In this document: positions 13,955 through 26,871 of the stretch, piece after piece
How positions within the stretch are numbered: the stretch's first letter is position 1
Layout of the letters: the number at the start of each line of letters is the position of its first letter
NCBI RefSeq assembly: GCF_009914755.1
Contig: NC_060927.1
Source: the human T2T-CHM13v2.0 reference genome, Homo sapiens
Direction: 5' to 3' (one strand)
Length of the DNA stretch: 64,000 nt
Translations under genes and position numbers: made by a program
Notes under the pieces: generated by a model
Seen by the model: the letters and a program-made list of their open reading frames with translations, nothing else
The model's database searches: none
Told to the model about the DNA's origin: nothing

Positions 13955-15254
13955 GAGTTGCCTCCCCATCACCCACTTGCCAACAAGCTGTATTCCTTTA
14001 CCTACTTATCAGTACCCTGGGCTAAGACAACATGGCAGACTTCTGGCTTAATGAAACCTCATCATAGACTATGCTCACACTGTGGCATGCTTATTATTGC
14101 TTGCACTGAGCCAGAGTTAGCAGGCCTTGGACATCAGGTATTTTGCCTCAAATGCAAACCTGACCACATCACCCCCATTCCCTCGGTTCCAGCCCCATGG
14201 AAATCCTTTCCATTCCTCAACCCTGCCATGCCCCATTGGCTCTGGCATACGCTGTTCCTTCTATGTCCCGCACACTTGGTGTCTTTCATCATGACCCAAG
14301 TACTTACCAATCATCCTTCGGAACCCAGTCTGAACAGCACTTCTTCTGGGTGGGCTCCCTGTTTTATAGTCTCTGGGTACCCTTCACTTCTTATATCCTA
14401 CTTTTTCATTATTCACTATTAGAATGACTTGTTTACTTATCTGTCTTCCCATGAAACTATAAACTTCATTCTTGTTCATCTGTATGTCCCCAGCCCTGGC
14501 CAATGGATGCTCAGGAAAGATCAGCAGAAGGAAGAAAGGCAGACAGGCAGGCAAGAAAAAGTGCCTAATTCTATGACCATGTTTTTTTGTTTGTTTTTTC
14601 ACATTTCAACTTATAAATTAAGATGTGCCTTACAATTGAGGATGTTTTACAGTAACAACTGACAAATTGGCAATCAATATAGCTATCACAGCTTGTATAC
14701 CTATAAAGACTGTCATAGCTATTGTCATTGCTTTCCATTGTATCACATGTATTGGTGCTATGACATATATTAAATTTGCCTTTAAAATGTTTCAATTAAG
14801 ATTACACTATGATTTAGCATAAAAACAGGTTGTCAAGTATGTAAAAAAGAATGGAAACAGAGCAGCAGAACATAAATTTCATATTCATGAAATAAATGCT
14901 CATTAGAGAAACAGCCACAAATTCATTTTATAGAAATGCTGCATCAACATCTTTGCAGAATCAAAGAATAGAAGATACCCACAAGTAGATAAAGGAGTGT
15001 TACATTTAACTACTGAGATCAGTGCAAAAGGATTGCCTACCACATGCCAAGTGAGGCACCTGAAGCCATGAACAACTGTCGAATCTCTTGAAATCATGAA
15101 AATTTTTCAAAGCAGAAGAGGTTGATGTGACTGACCCATGGGTCTTGTAAAAATTATTAAGTCATCTCAGTCAAAAGGATAACACTTGATTATTAAGACT
15201 GAAAGATGTGAGCCCCTATGGGTTTAATTATTTTACACATATAGAGTTATGAAT

Positions 15255-15620
15255 TAACAACAGGGACACATTCTGAAAAATGCATCATTAGGCAATTTTG
15301 TTGTGCAAACATTATGCAGTGTACTTACACAAACCTAGATAGTATAGCCTACTACACACCTAGGCTATATGGTAAAGCCTACTGCTCCTAGGCTACAGAC
15401 CCATACAGCGTATTACTCTACTGAATACTGTAAGCAATTGTAATACAATTGTAATTATTTATGTATCTAAACTTAGAAAAGGTAACATATTGCACTACCA
15501 CTTTATGATGGCTACAATGTCACTAGGCAATAGTTTTATTTCACCTCCATTGTAAATCTTATGGGAGGATCATTATATATGCCATCTGTTGTTGACTGAG
15601 ATGTCAGTATGCAGTGTGTG
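15255..15620. mobile_element. Tigger3/Golem-type DNA transposon derivative
   Basis: gggacacattctgaaaaatgcatcattaggcaatttt...acacctaggctatatggta...; related in the opposite orientation to 56391-56796. Confidence 0.7.
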
Positions 15621-16162
15621 ATTATGTGTGTGTGCATATGTATATGTACATATGACAGATGTATAAATGCATATATGATGTGTTTTTATACATATATGTA
15701 AGTTTGGGACATATTGAAACCACAGTTAAAGATAAACTAGATGCAGGAAAGGCAAAAGACTTCTAATAGGAGTAGATATAACCAAATGTTATCCATTCAA
15801 GAATGGAAGTATAGGCAAACAACCCAAGTGGTGAAATGGTTATTCTGATGGAGATGGGGTGGGTGGAGAAGCAGCCAGACTTCTCAGAACGGCTGAGCAG
15901 TTTGCTGGCTGGCTGAGAACCATCAAGCAGAAAAGGAAAGGAAGGGCTCCAGGCAGGGGCAGCAGCAGGTACGAGGAGGTAAAACAGCTTGTGGTGTGGC
16001 AGGAAGTTGTCCAGAGTTGTTAAGAGCAAAAACTGCCTGTGTGCCTGGGATGGGCAGGGCTGAGGGTTGGAGAGGAGGGAAAGGAGGCTGAGGATAGGCC
16101 AGCACCACACTATGAGGACCTGGCTTGTAGCCTAAGGAGCATGAGATTTATTCTCTAAGCCA

Positions 16163-16285
16163 GAGATCAGCAACATTTTTATAAAGAGCCAGATAGTAAG
16201 GATTTTTAGGCTTTGTGAAACAGTTCTGTGACACTACTTGACTGCCACAGTTGCCAAAACACAGCCATAGATGATGTGTAAATAA
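16163..16285 (+). mobile_element. MER58-type hAT fragment
   Basis: cagcaacatttttataaagagccagatagtaa...ttttaggctttgtg...cagccataga, similar to the element starting at 40792. Confidence 0.6.
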
Positions 16286-16419
16286 TTCATTATTCTTGAA
16301 TTATTTCTGAGATGTTATTTTCTCTCCTAAATTACCCTGGGCTCTCCACTTCCTAATATAATACCTCCAAGCAGATTTCCTCCACTTAATTGGGACAAAA
16401 AAATAAACAATATAGATAC

Positions 16420-16810
16420 CTGGCTTCTCCTGTATCCAGTCAGACAACCACTTTAAATGGCAATCACAGGTCCATGGGTTTCCATGCAGGTAAAGGCTGT
16501 CTAGGTCAGGCATATAGGAGACCATCTCTTGAGGGAGGGAGGTCAGGAAGTTATCAGACAAGTATAGGAACTTAATGAAAGAGATTTTAAATATCTGGAG
16601 GTAGCTCAAAGAGACAAATGTATCTGGGTGGAGCTTAGTGAGCTGATTTCCTTCCAAGTGCACCAGGCGGAGAAAGTTGAGCCCATCAAAAACCTCTGGG
16701 TTTATAAACTCAATATTGTTGTGGTCCATGTGCAATCGTGTCAAGCTCCTGAGGCCATAAAAAGTATCTTTCTGAAGTTTTCGGACTTTGTTATAGCTCA
16801 TTTTTAAGAC
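16420..16810 (-). CDS. IGSF10: IGSF10 coding exon (391 nt), leucine-rich repeats and LRRCT start
   Basis: Acceptor taattcatag|GTC and donor G|gtatct. LxxLxLxxN repeats and the GNPWTCDC LRRCT motif. Confidence 0.97.
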
Positions 16811-17027
16811 CTATGAATTAAAAAAAAGAACATATTTATGTTGTCAAAGGAATTTTCACAAGAGGGAAAAGTCCTATCAATAACAAAACTTATGTTGAAA
16901 TTAATTCAGTGCAATTTATATACCTTCTTAGGATCCCAATTCAATCAAATTCATTGCAAATTAAATATGACAATATCAGAAAAATTAGAACACTCATGAA
17001 CATTTGCCTATTTATATTAAGGAATGA

Positions 17028-17351
<324 letters not shown>

Positions 17352-17758
17352 AGGAATGATTGTTAAAATTTAAGATATATGAATGATATTGTGGTTATTT
17401 TAAAAAGATTTCTTAATTTTGAGATATATAGAAGTACTTACAGATGAATATTATGAAAATTTGGATTTGTTTCAAAATAGTTGAATGGAGCGGAGAATAG
17501 TGGGTAGAGGTGCAGGTGAGACATCTGCTATGAGTCCATAACTATTGCAGCTGGGTAATGGTCCATTACAGTTCATTATATTCTTTCTACTTTTGTCCAT
17601 GGTTGAAAATTTTTATAAGGTTTTTTTTTTTAAGTCTTAGTATTTCAAGTAAATTTAAGATTTCTTAAACATAAATTTTTCATAAGAGAGACTATTGATT
17701 TTAATTTATTGAGTTATAGTTCACATGCCATAAAATCCACCTTTTAAAGTGTACAACT

Positions 17759-18050
17759 GGCTGGGCATGGTGGCTCCCAGCACTTTGGGAGGCTGAGGCG
17801 GGCAGATCACTTGAGGCCAGGAGTTTGAGACCAGCCTAGCCAACATGACGAAATCCTGTCTCTACTAAAAATACATATACACACACAAAATTAGCCGGGC
17901 ATGGTGGCACACACACATACTCCCTAGCTACTCAGGAGGCTGAGGCATGAGAATCATTTGAACTTGGAAGGTGGAGGTTGTAGTGAGCTGAGATTGCACC
18001 ACCGCACTCCAGCCTGGGTGACAGAGCAAGATTCTGTCTCAAAAAAATAA
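17759..18050 (+). mobile_element. AluS with TSD
   Basis: Alu dimer; TSD core aaagtgtacaa on both sides. Confidence 0.92.
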
Positions 18051-18138
18051 TTTAAAAGTGTACAATTTATTGGTTTTTAGTATATTCATAGAGTTGTGCA
18101 ACCATATCCACTGTTAGAAACTTCTAAATAAAGTTTCT

Positions 18139-18449
<311 letters not shown>

Positions 18450-20061
18450 TAAAGTTTCTAATAAACTTTATTTTGCACCTTAAAATAAAAACTAATACCC
18501 ATTAGCAGTCATTTTTCCTATCCTCTTAGCCCTTCACAACCACTAATTTACTTTGTTTCCATGGATTTGCCTATTCTAAACATTTTATATAAATGGAATC
18601 ATACACTTTATGGCATTGTGTCTGGCTTCTTTCACTTAGCAAAATGTTTTCAAGACCTGTCCCTCTCATAGCATGTATCAGCCCTTCATTCCTTTCTTTG
18701 CTGAATAGTATTCTACTGTATACATGCACAACGCTTTATCTATCATTGGTTGATGGACATTAAGAGGTGTCTTATACTTTTTGGTTATGAGTAATATGAC
18801 TAATTTTGAGTTGCAATTAAAATAATTTTGAATATTTCAATAGTGCTCAGGTATTCTCCAATTCCCTCTCCAATTACCAGTTGAACATACTCTCTCCCAT
18901 AAAGAAAAAAGAAATGCTAGTAAACACCATTTCTCATCATATTTTCCTGACTTGGCCTGAACTATCATCTCTGTCGAGAATGCTTCTCTAGAATGCCAAG
19001 ACCCCTAATAAGAAAAGAAAATATAAGTTGGCAACATAGAAGAGCTTTGCCCCAAATGTAACCTGGGAGTTCAATCTCCAACTCAATGTTCCTCAACAGC
19101 CATTGAAAATTTGGTCGAGAGAATAAATATATGTAGAGAATTCTATAAAGGACATGCAATCCATCTATTCCTCCGAAGACATACATTCCAAATAGAGCCT
19201 GATTAACCAAATCAACAGAATCACATAGCTACATTATACTCTATTGCTCTCACCATGTTTATAACCTCCCTTACATAGCTCTGGTATATGTTAGAAGGCT
19301 CTATGAACACAGGTACTTCATCTTTTACAAGGATATTATTGACTTTATTTTATGGCACTGTATTTTATGAGGAGCTTTGTAAGACATTTCTTTCTGATTT
19401 AAAAATCATACATGGCTGTGCTTTTCCTGAACAGTTTAAGTTTTAATAGATGTCATGTATTGTTAGCGTCTTGAAAGCTTCAAGTCCTACTTATAGCAGA
19501 CTTAAAGGTCTCTATGTATGCATTTCCTCATGTTCCCTTTATTCTTTTCTCTAGGCTTATTTTACCTTTTACTTTCTCACTTACTTTTGTGATCATTCTT
19601 GCATGATTTTATGCATTCTTGGGAGTCCTCTTAACTTTAAAAAATTGAACAATGTAGAACATGAATAAGTAAATAAAATGAAACTGAAAATAGTACATTG
19701 ATTTATATAAAACTATTATCTGTCTAAGATAGTCATTACTTTTAGGAACCACATTCAATTCCCAGATAAACATGACTAGAAGTGTCCTTTTAGGATTAAA
19801 TTTTGAAGGTTTATCGTCTCTGGGTATTGATTTTTTTTCTATTAGCTTGAGGTAGTAGAAAACTTGCCTCAGAGTTCTTATTATTCTAATTTATACACAC
19901 AGTTCCACAGTTAAAAATCAGTTAACATTCTCCATTGACGTCTGCTTCTAATTTACAGAATGTTGATTTTCGTATTGTGTAGAGATAGGCAGCCTTTGAA
20001 GGTCTATCTCACAGGTCCCACCTTACCTCTTTAACCTGCCCCCTCTCTCCATCAGTCTCAC

Positions 20062-20191
20062 CTGCAAGGCCTGCAAATCTGAGAAGGTCTTGTCAGGGAT
20101 TGTGTGAATGCCATTGCTGTGAAGCATGAGTAACTCCAGTTTGGTCAGGCCAGAAAAATCTGTTTCCATCAATCTAACCAAGCTGTTGTAT
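20062..20191 (-). CDS. IGSF10: IGSF10 coding exon (130 nt), leucine-rich repeats
   Basis: Acceptor ttatttcag|A and donor CAG|gtgaga. Translates YNSLVRLMETDFSGLTKLELLMLHSNGIHTIPDKTFSDLQALQ. Too short for the ORF track; phases fit both sides. Confidence 0.95.
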
Positions 20192-20579
20192 CTGAAATAA
20201 AAAATGACATTCTAGGCATAAGCTAAGTCTGTCAACTAAAGTTCAAATGTCATAACCAAAATAAACACAAGAAAACTCAATACCTCTCTTTATAACTGTA
20301 CTCTATTGAGACAATCAAATGCTTCAAAAACTGAAATTCACCAGATGCCACAGAAGGTCGGCTCTCTACCCAGTTCTTGCCATTTCAGTTACAATCACCC
20401 CCCTCATATTCTGGGAACTTGTCACATTTCTTATCATTTTCAAACTTTTATATATATGCTGTTCCCTCAGGTTGGAATGCCCTTGACCTCACCTTTTTCT
20501 ATTTGTGAACACTTAATATCTAGCCCATTCTTTCATGACACTATCTCCTCACCACTCCCCCAGGTGGAATTCGTCAGCA

Positions 20580-20830
20580 GTGGTTAAGAAGCCTGGGCTC
20601 TGGAGGCCAGGCTTGGGCGTCTCGTTTGGGTATGATTACGAGCTCAGGCTCAACAGAGTAGTGGTACAACCCTGGGTAAAATCAGCAGGCTTTCTGTGCC
20701 TCAGTTTCCTCATCTATAAAATGTAAATAATAGAACTCACTCCAAAGGGGTTATGAGGATTAAATGGATGCAGTGCTTAACCCAATGCCAGCACCTACTG
20801 AGCACAACCTTAATGTTAGCTCTTAATATT
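20580..20830 (+). mobile_element. MIR
   Basis: MIR core ctgtgcctcagtttcctcatctataaaatg...tgaggattaaatg. Confidence 0.8.
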
Positions 20831-21144
20831 AGTGACTGTCTCTAAAACACTTTGTATGCTCTATTAGTTTTTATTAATTGTACTGACCGTACATTTGTCT
20901 GGTCTTTTTAACGATCAATACACATCCTAGAAGTGAATAGTATATCTTACCATTGTATCCCCAGTGCATAGTACATGCTCACTAATGTCAAATAAACGAT
21001 GCTAAGTCCAACATGTGTATTCAGACACACACAGACTTTTTTTTCATGAACGTTTAAAATACAGTCATATTTTTAAAAATTTAATTAGGCATCCATTTTA
21101 AATAAGTTTGTATGGAAAGAAACCAAAGGGCCTATAAAAAGGAT

Positions 21145-21192
21145 ACATATATATATATATGTATGTATGTGTGTGTGTGTGTGTATTATATA
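21145..21192. repeat. (TA)n(TG)n microsatellite
   Basis: Directly visible. Confidence 0.9.
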
Positions 21193-21551
21193 GGCAGACA
21201 CTTCCAGTTACCCTGTCATCTCTTATGATGAATGATCATAACCCCAATAGTTAACAGAAACTATATCATTTTCCAGCAAAAATGTAGCCAGAAAGAAGCT
21301 TTTTACCGTCATGAGTCTCCCAACCTACCTAGAGGGACTTCAAATTCTAGAAGAACTTTCTCCTAATAAAAGTTTACCAGGAAAAGTTTTCTTATTGCCC
21401 CCAACAAACAAAATTCTCATGAGCTCATTTCAGAAAAGAAATATTGTTAAAACAATTGAGATTCATCTCCCAAAGTCATAGATGTTTGAGGGACAAGTCA
21501 CTGCTGCGACTGATCCCTCTTTGAGAAGAGGAAACATGAGGTCTCACACAC

Positions 21552-21745
21552 CCTAAATTGATGCGTTCCACATTGGGCGGGATGCTGTCTGGGATGGAAG
21601 TCAGGTACCGAAATGTGCAGTGTACCTCCGTAGGCATATAACAGGCACAGCGGCGAGGACAGGCCTTGCCCCCAGGGGTGGCGACCAGGCAGATCACAGC
21701 AAAGGAGACCAGCAAGCAGGTGATTCCTCTGCCTTTTACCTTCAT
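21552..21745 (-). CDS. IGSF10: IGSF10 first coding exon: signal peptide and LRRNT
   Basis: MKVKGRGITCLLVSFAVICLVATPGGKA-CPRRCACYMPTEVHC. Acceptor ttttttcag|G ATG puts one UTR base at 21746. Donor GG|gtgtgt is required by frame with the next exon. Confidence 0.96.
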
Positions 21746-23296
21746 CCTGAAAAAACATCATACCTCAGAGTTATAAAGAGTGGTGGAGCAAAGTCCCAGG
21801 ACCACCACACACTCACTCTGGGAATCTGGGAGACCTTCTTTAAGGGTCGTAAGTGGTCAATTCCATTCCTACCCTTTGTGGTCATATGCACTCTTTACAA
21901 AACTATAGTGTGTGCTGCTGGCCTCACACTGCGCTTTATGATCAAGTGGGATATTTACTGTTGTGAAAATTTCTTCACAGCTTCTCACTTCTTTATGAAA
22001 ACCAGCAATCCCTATTACTCAGGCATTCATTAAAAGGGAAACTGGAAACCATAAGAAAGATTGTGACAACTAAAATATATAGAATTTAGTTTCCTTTATA
22101 TACATTAATTCTTTTAGAGTAACTTTCAAGAAACTGATTATAACAGTAATATCTGTGCATAATAAAACATTTGGAAACTGTAATTAAGCAGTAAAAAGGA
22201 AAAAAATTACTCAATCTCACCACTTATATAATCCTTAAACATGTTGTTGTATTCCTTTCCAGCCTTTTTCATCTATTGTGTGTATATGTATAGGTGTACA
22301 TACATTTACGTGTATATGTGTACATGTGATCAAACTCAATTTTGTAACACATTTTATCATTTCATATATAATGTTTTTTCATTTTATTAAACCTTCTTCA
22401 GAAACATTTTTTAAAGGTTGTAATAATCCACTGGAAGGGAGAATAAATCTCTTTCTAACCGGTTTTCAAGTCCCTGCCAAAAAAAAAGACACATTGAACA
22501 CTTCACTGCCAAGTAATGACCATAAGCAACAGCGACTGACCAGCTGAGAGGGCTTGAGCCATGCTGACCCTGTGCAGGCATGATGCTGTCTGCTTTTGCT
22601 CAGCTTGGGACATCTCTCTGCCTTTTTCCTTGGTCCCTCCTCCAGCTCATGGCTGCCACAGGAGGTGGGGAGCATAACCAGGGAAGAAATATGCTCAGCT
22701 TGTCAGAAAAAAAAAAATGGTATCTGTTACCCATATGTGGGGCAAGCCCAGGAATTCAAACCTAATTCTCTCCTGAAATGCAGGATTGAAATAAACTCTT
22801 TATTGTGCTTTTCCAAGCAAAATGACCTTCATAATTTGTAATAAATCCCACCGTTCTGTGGAACAGCATGATGTTGGATTCCACCAGCAACCACCCTTTA
22901 GCTACAAACTACACTGAGAAATAACACTGGGGCTGAACTGCTTGGATTTTCATACAGATAAAAAGATGATGGATGTATTATTATAATTTAGTCCAAATTA
23001 AAATTTAAGATAGGATTAATCATATGACCACTTTTGCCATCGTAACCACCTGGTTACAAAAATTTTAAATAAGCTTTGTATGATTGGAGACAGCATTTCC
23101 ACCTTATCATTAGATAAACAAAGGAAGGAACAGCAGGATGAAGGTAATTCTCTCGTTCAGCTTAAATAAAAGTTCTGGGTATGCCCACGTTCAAATTATT
23201 TAAAAGAGGATCAATAGCATAAGACAACACATGAATAAGGGATTCTCACAAACGTAAGGCTGAAAATGTACATAATGAAATAGGAATTGGCAATAC

Positions 23297-23383
23297 CTGA
23301 GCTCTTCTTTCAGGTCCTGAGTCCTCTTGTGACATAGGCAGAGACAGAAAATCTTCCCAGGAAATGGAAAATTGTGTCCAAAC
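23297..23383 (-). other. IGSF10: Inferred IGSF10 non-coding 5'UTR exon (87 nt)
   Basis: Strong acceptor cttttcctccctcag|G and donor CAG|gtattg, lying between the CpG island and the ATG exon. The ATG exon begins with an acceptor, so upstream exons must exist. Confidence 0.7.
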
Positions 23384-23809
23384 CTGAGGGAGGAAAAGTT
23401 CTCTGCTCCAAAGTGAGCAAAAAGCCTTATTCTTTTTGGCTTACAGCCAGGAGTAATGCTCTTCAGGGAGACCTGGAGCCGCTTCCACAGCTTCAAAGTT
23501 CTATAACTCATAACCACATTAACCCAGAAGCGTTCTTTTATTATGATGCTTGCTGTTGCAGAAACAAAAGGCTAAGTGGAGGTTTTTAAATTTCCTTTCT
23601 CCTCCCTCAGTAGTGTACTTAATACTCCTTAAAGTTATCACTTGAATATTAACTACTACTAATCACTCCATTTTGCTCCAAAGTCCCAAGAGCTTCTCCT
23701 CAAATTGTCTTTTTTGGACAAATCTGTCACAGATGTCTCCATCTATTGATTGTCTTTCCTCAGTGTGTGTTTTTTTTTTTTGCCTGGCACCAGTCACCGA
23801 AGAATTGTC

Positions 23810-24400
23810 GTGTGCTTTCATGCCCCCACCTTCTCCGGGTGCGTCTTCCCTCCCCCACCCTCAGCCCTCCCCGCCCCAGCGCCCGCTTCTGCAGCCACGG
23901 TACTCGCTCCATTCCCACGCCAAGCCCCAGCCGGCGTGGGGTTCCAGCCCTTTCCAGGGAAGGATTGGCCGAGGCGCTCACCTGTTTGCCCTGGTGACCA
24001 ATGGGCTCGAGCTGCCCGGGCTAGGTCCCGGGCTCGGTCCCGGGCTCAGCTGCTGGGGTCGTGCGGAGCTGGTCCGGAGCTCTGGGAGGGAAGGAAGGAA
24101 GGCGGAGCGAGGGCGGGGGATGAGCCCGACTTCTGTGTCTGGGGACGCGGCCGGGGCTCAGCAGCACAAGGATGAGAAACGACCACCGGGCCCCTCTTTA
24201 TGTTTACGAGCGTGTGGGAAGCTAATTCGCCGTGGCTTCACTCTTTAAATTCCCAGGGCTTTCTCCTAGCAAGTTGGCAGGTCCTGGCTGGGTGGCAGAG
24301 CAGTTTCAGTGGCCGCCCGTTCATTTCCTCCTTGACCTCTTCCACCTGTTGACAGGTGGGCCTTTTGGTTTAAGGGTTTACGTAAATCGCCGCAGGCTGT
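23810..24400. promoter_or_regulatory. CpG-island-like promoter of IGSF10 with GC boxes
   Basis: The only non-repeat GC/CpG-dense segment in the window. GC boxes ccccgccc (~23869) and gggcgggg (~24111); short repeat cccgggct(a/c)ggt x2-3 at 24015-24047. Confidence 0.8.
23982..24100 (-). other. IGSF10: Inferred IGSF10 first exon (5' end approximate)
   Basis: Consensus donor CAG|gtgagc at 23981 inside the CpG-rich segment. The TSS cannot be determined from sequence. Confidence 0.65.
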
Positions 24401-24499
24401 CCTTGGTCCTGTGGCTCCCAAAGTTCTATTTGAAGGCTAAGTTAGCGTTAATGACCTGTGATACCTGCAGTGTCAATGTTTTATTTAAACCCCTCTTTT

Positions 24500-24990
24500 A
24501 AAAATAAGTAAATTATATTGCGTATATTTAAGGTATACAACATGTTATGGGCTATATACAGATAGTAAAATGGTTACTATAGTGAAACAACATATCCATC
24601 ATCTCACAGTTACCCCATTTTTGTTTTTGTGACACGAGCAGCTAAAATCTACTCTTTTAGCAAGAATCCCAAATACCATACAATTTTATTAACTATAGTC
24701 CTCTTGCACATTAGATCTATATAAATGTATGCTACTGTGTATTCTCTGATCTACATTTTTCCATTTCCTTTCTCCAACCCCTATAACCACTATTTAATTC
24801 TCTATCTCTGTATAATCGACCTTTTAGAAAAAGATTTCACATATATAAGTGAGATCATACACTATTTTTCTTTTGGTTTCTGGCTTATTTCACTTGGCAT
24901 AATGTCCTCCAGGTTCATCCATGTGTGACAAATGGCAATATTTCCCTTTTGTTTTTTAACTGCCAAACAATATTACATCGTATATAGATG
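24500..24990 (-). mobile_element. L1MA-type 3'-end fragment
   Basis: catatccatcatctcacagttac...tttctggcttatttcacttggcataatgtcctccaggttcatccatg. Confidence 0.75.
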
Positions 24991-25276
24991 TCTCAGAGGA
25001 ATTCTTTTAGATCATTATCACAGAACCGGATTTAAATACTACTATTTCTGCTTGGATTACATTCTCCTTTCTCATCTCCAACCCTACCATCTGGAGGCAG
25101 AGATGCCTCCAGAATCACCTCTACCAACTTGCCCACATGTAATATCTCCTGCAATTCTTGGTGGGGCTCCCAATACTCATAAACACTGAGTTAACATAAC
25201 TAAAATGACCTTGTTTCCTTCCACGTAGTTACATAGCACTTAAGCTTTTGATGACAATTTGCAATGAATGTTTTAG

Positions 25277-25466
25277 GGCAGTGGATCTCAAGATAGGGTC
25301 ACGGGTCCAGCATCAGCATTACTTTGGACTTCGTTAAGATCAAAAATTTGCGGGATCCATCCCAGACCCACTGATTCAGAAACTGTACGAAGGAGGCTTA
25401 GGAGTCCATGTGTTAACAAGCCTTCCATATGATTCTGATGCAGCTACAATGTGAGAATTGCTGGTT
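25277..25466. mobile_element. MER5A-like hAT element
   Basis: ggcagtggatctcaag...cccagacccactgattcagaaact...gattctgatgca...gagaattgctg. Confidence 0.7.
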
Positions 25467-26519
25467 TAGTGAAATAACTTCTGAAAAATGTTTTACAAAT
25501 ACCAACTCATTTCAGCCTCACCATAGCACCAAAAAGCCTAAAAGGAAAGTATTTATGTTATTCCCATTTTACAAGTAAGGTACATGAAGGAAAGTGACAG
25601 AACTCCAGGCCATGTGGCTTGTGAGTAGAAAAGCCGTTAATTCAAACTCAGGCAGTCTTGCCCTATGGTCTGAACGTTTAACCATAAAGTTGTGGCTGCC
25701 TCACTTAGCTAAACATGGATAATGTGCCATATCCCATGCCGAGCATTCATGTGATTTATGGTTAGTAATAAGTCAGTTACCAAAGTAGAATTATAGAATC
25801 AGAGACTCAGAGTTAGAAGTAACCCTAGAAGCATGTATAATGAACATGGTCTTTAGCTCTGCAGAGCTGACAAGATTCTTTTAAATTAAAAATTCACGTG
25901 ATGTCCAAACTTGGATGCTTGCTTTGGAAATGTGGCATATTTGTCGGGTTTTGGCAGCCACAGTTTATCTTTCTCCCAAAGCTCCTTGGTGACCAACCTC
26001 ATGGCTTCGTATTCTTTAGTCAATTTCTAACCCAGGTCTGGACTTCCAGACCTCAACTAGGATGAACCACAGAAAGATGACAGCAACATGTTAAACTTAT
26101 TTTCCTAGGCTTGTTACCTGGGGTCATTTTCTTGCTATCAATTTCAAAGTGAACTCCTGATAGGAATGTTTGCTTCTCTTAAGAATTTTTATGAGATAAA
26201 TCTCTACAATTGCTTTATGTCAGAGCTCTTCTCTGACGTATTTTCTACTTTTCATGTCATCTTCCAGAATTATTAGAAACCTGAGTCATATTGGCACCAA
26301 TTCTAGTTCCATTTGCTCCACTTAATAACAATTCTAATATTTGTAATTACTTTTATAGTTAGAGTATATATGTGTCAAAGCCTTTATATGTATTGCTTAA
26401 TTCTCAGAAATATTCTGATGAGTAAGTGCTAAAATTATACCAGTTTTTCAGATGAGATTGCTGAGGATAAAGAATGCTAAATGATTCAGAGCCAAAATAC
26501 AATACTGAATTAATTTTAA

Positions 26520-26871
<352 letters not shown>

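Noticed and set aside
13802-14422. 206-aa ORF
   Set aside because: It starts in an Alu, reads through its poly(A) as poly-Lys into degenerate L2-like sequence, and has no gene structure.
16301-16419. In-frame read-through of the LRR exon into the intron (possible secreted LRR-only isoform)
   Set aside because: A 40-codon open stretch is expected by chance. The only nearby AATAAA I noted (16147-16152, minus strand) is in AT-rich repeat-derived DNA, and there is no further support.
23673-24248. 191-aa and 141-aa plus-strand ORFs at the promoter
   Set aside because: GC-rich islands are stop-poor; the starts are non-ATG and the products are low complexity.
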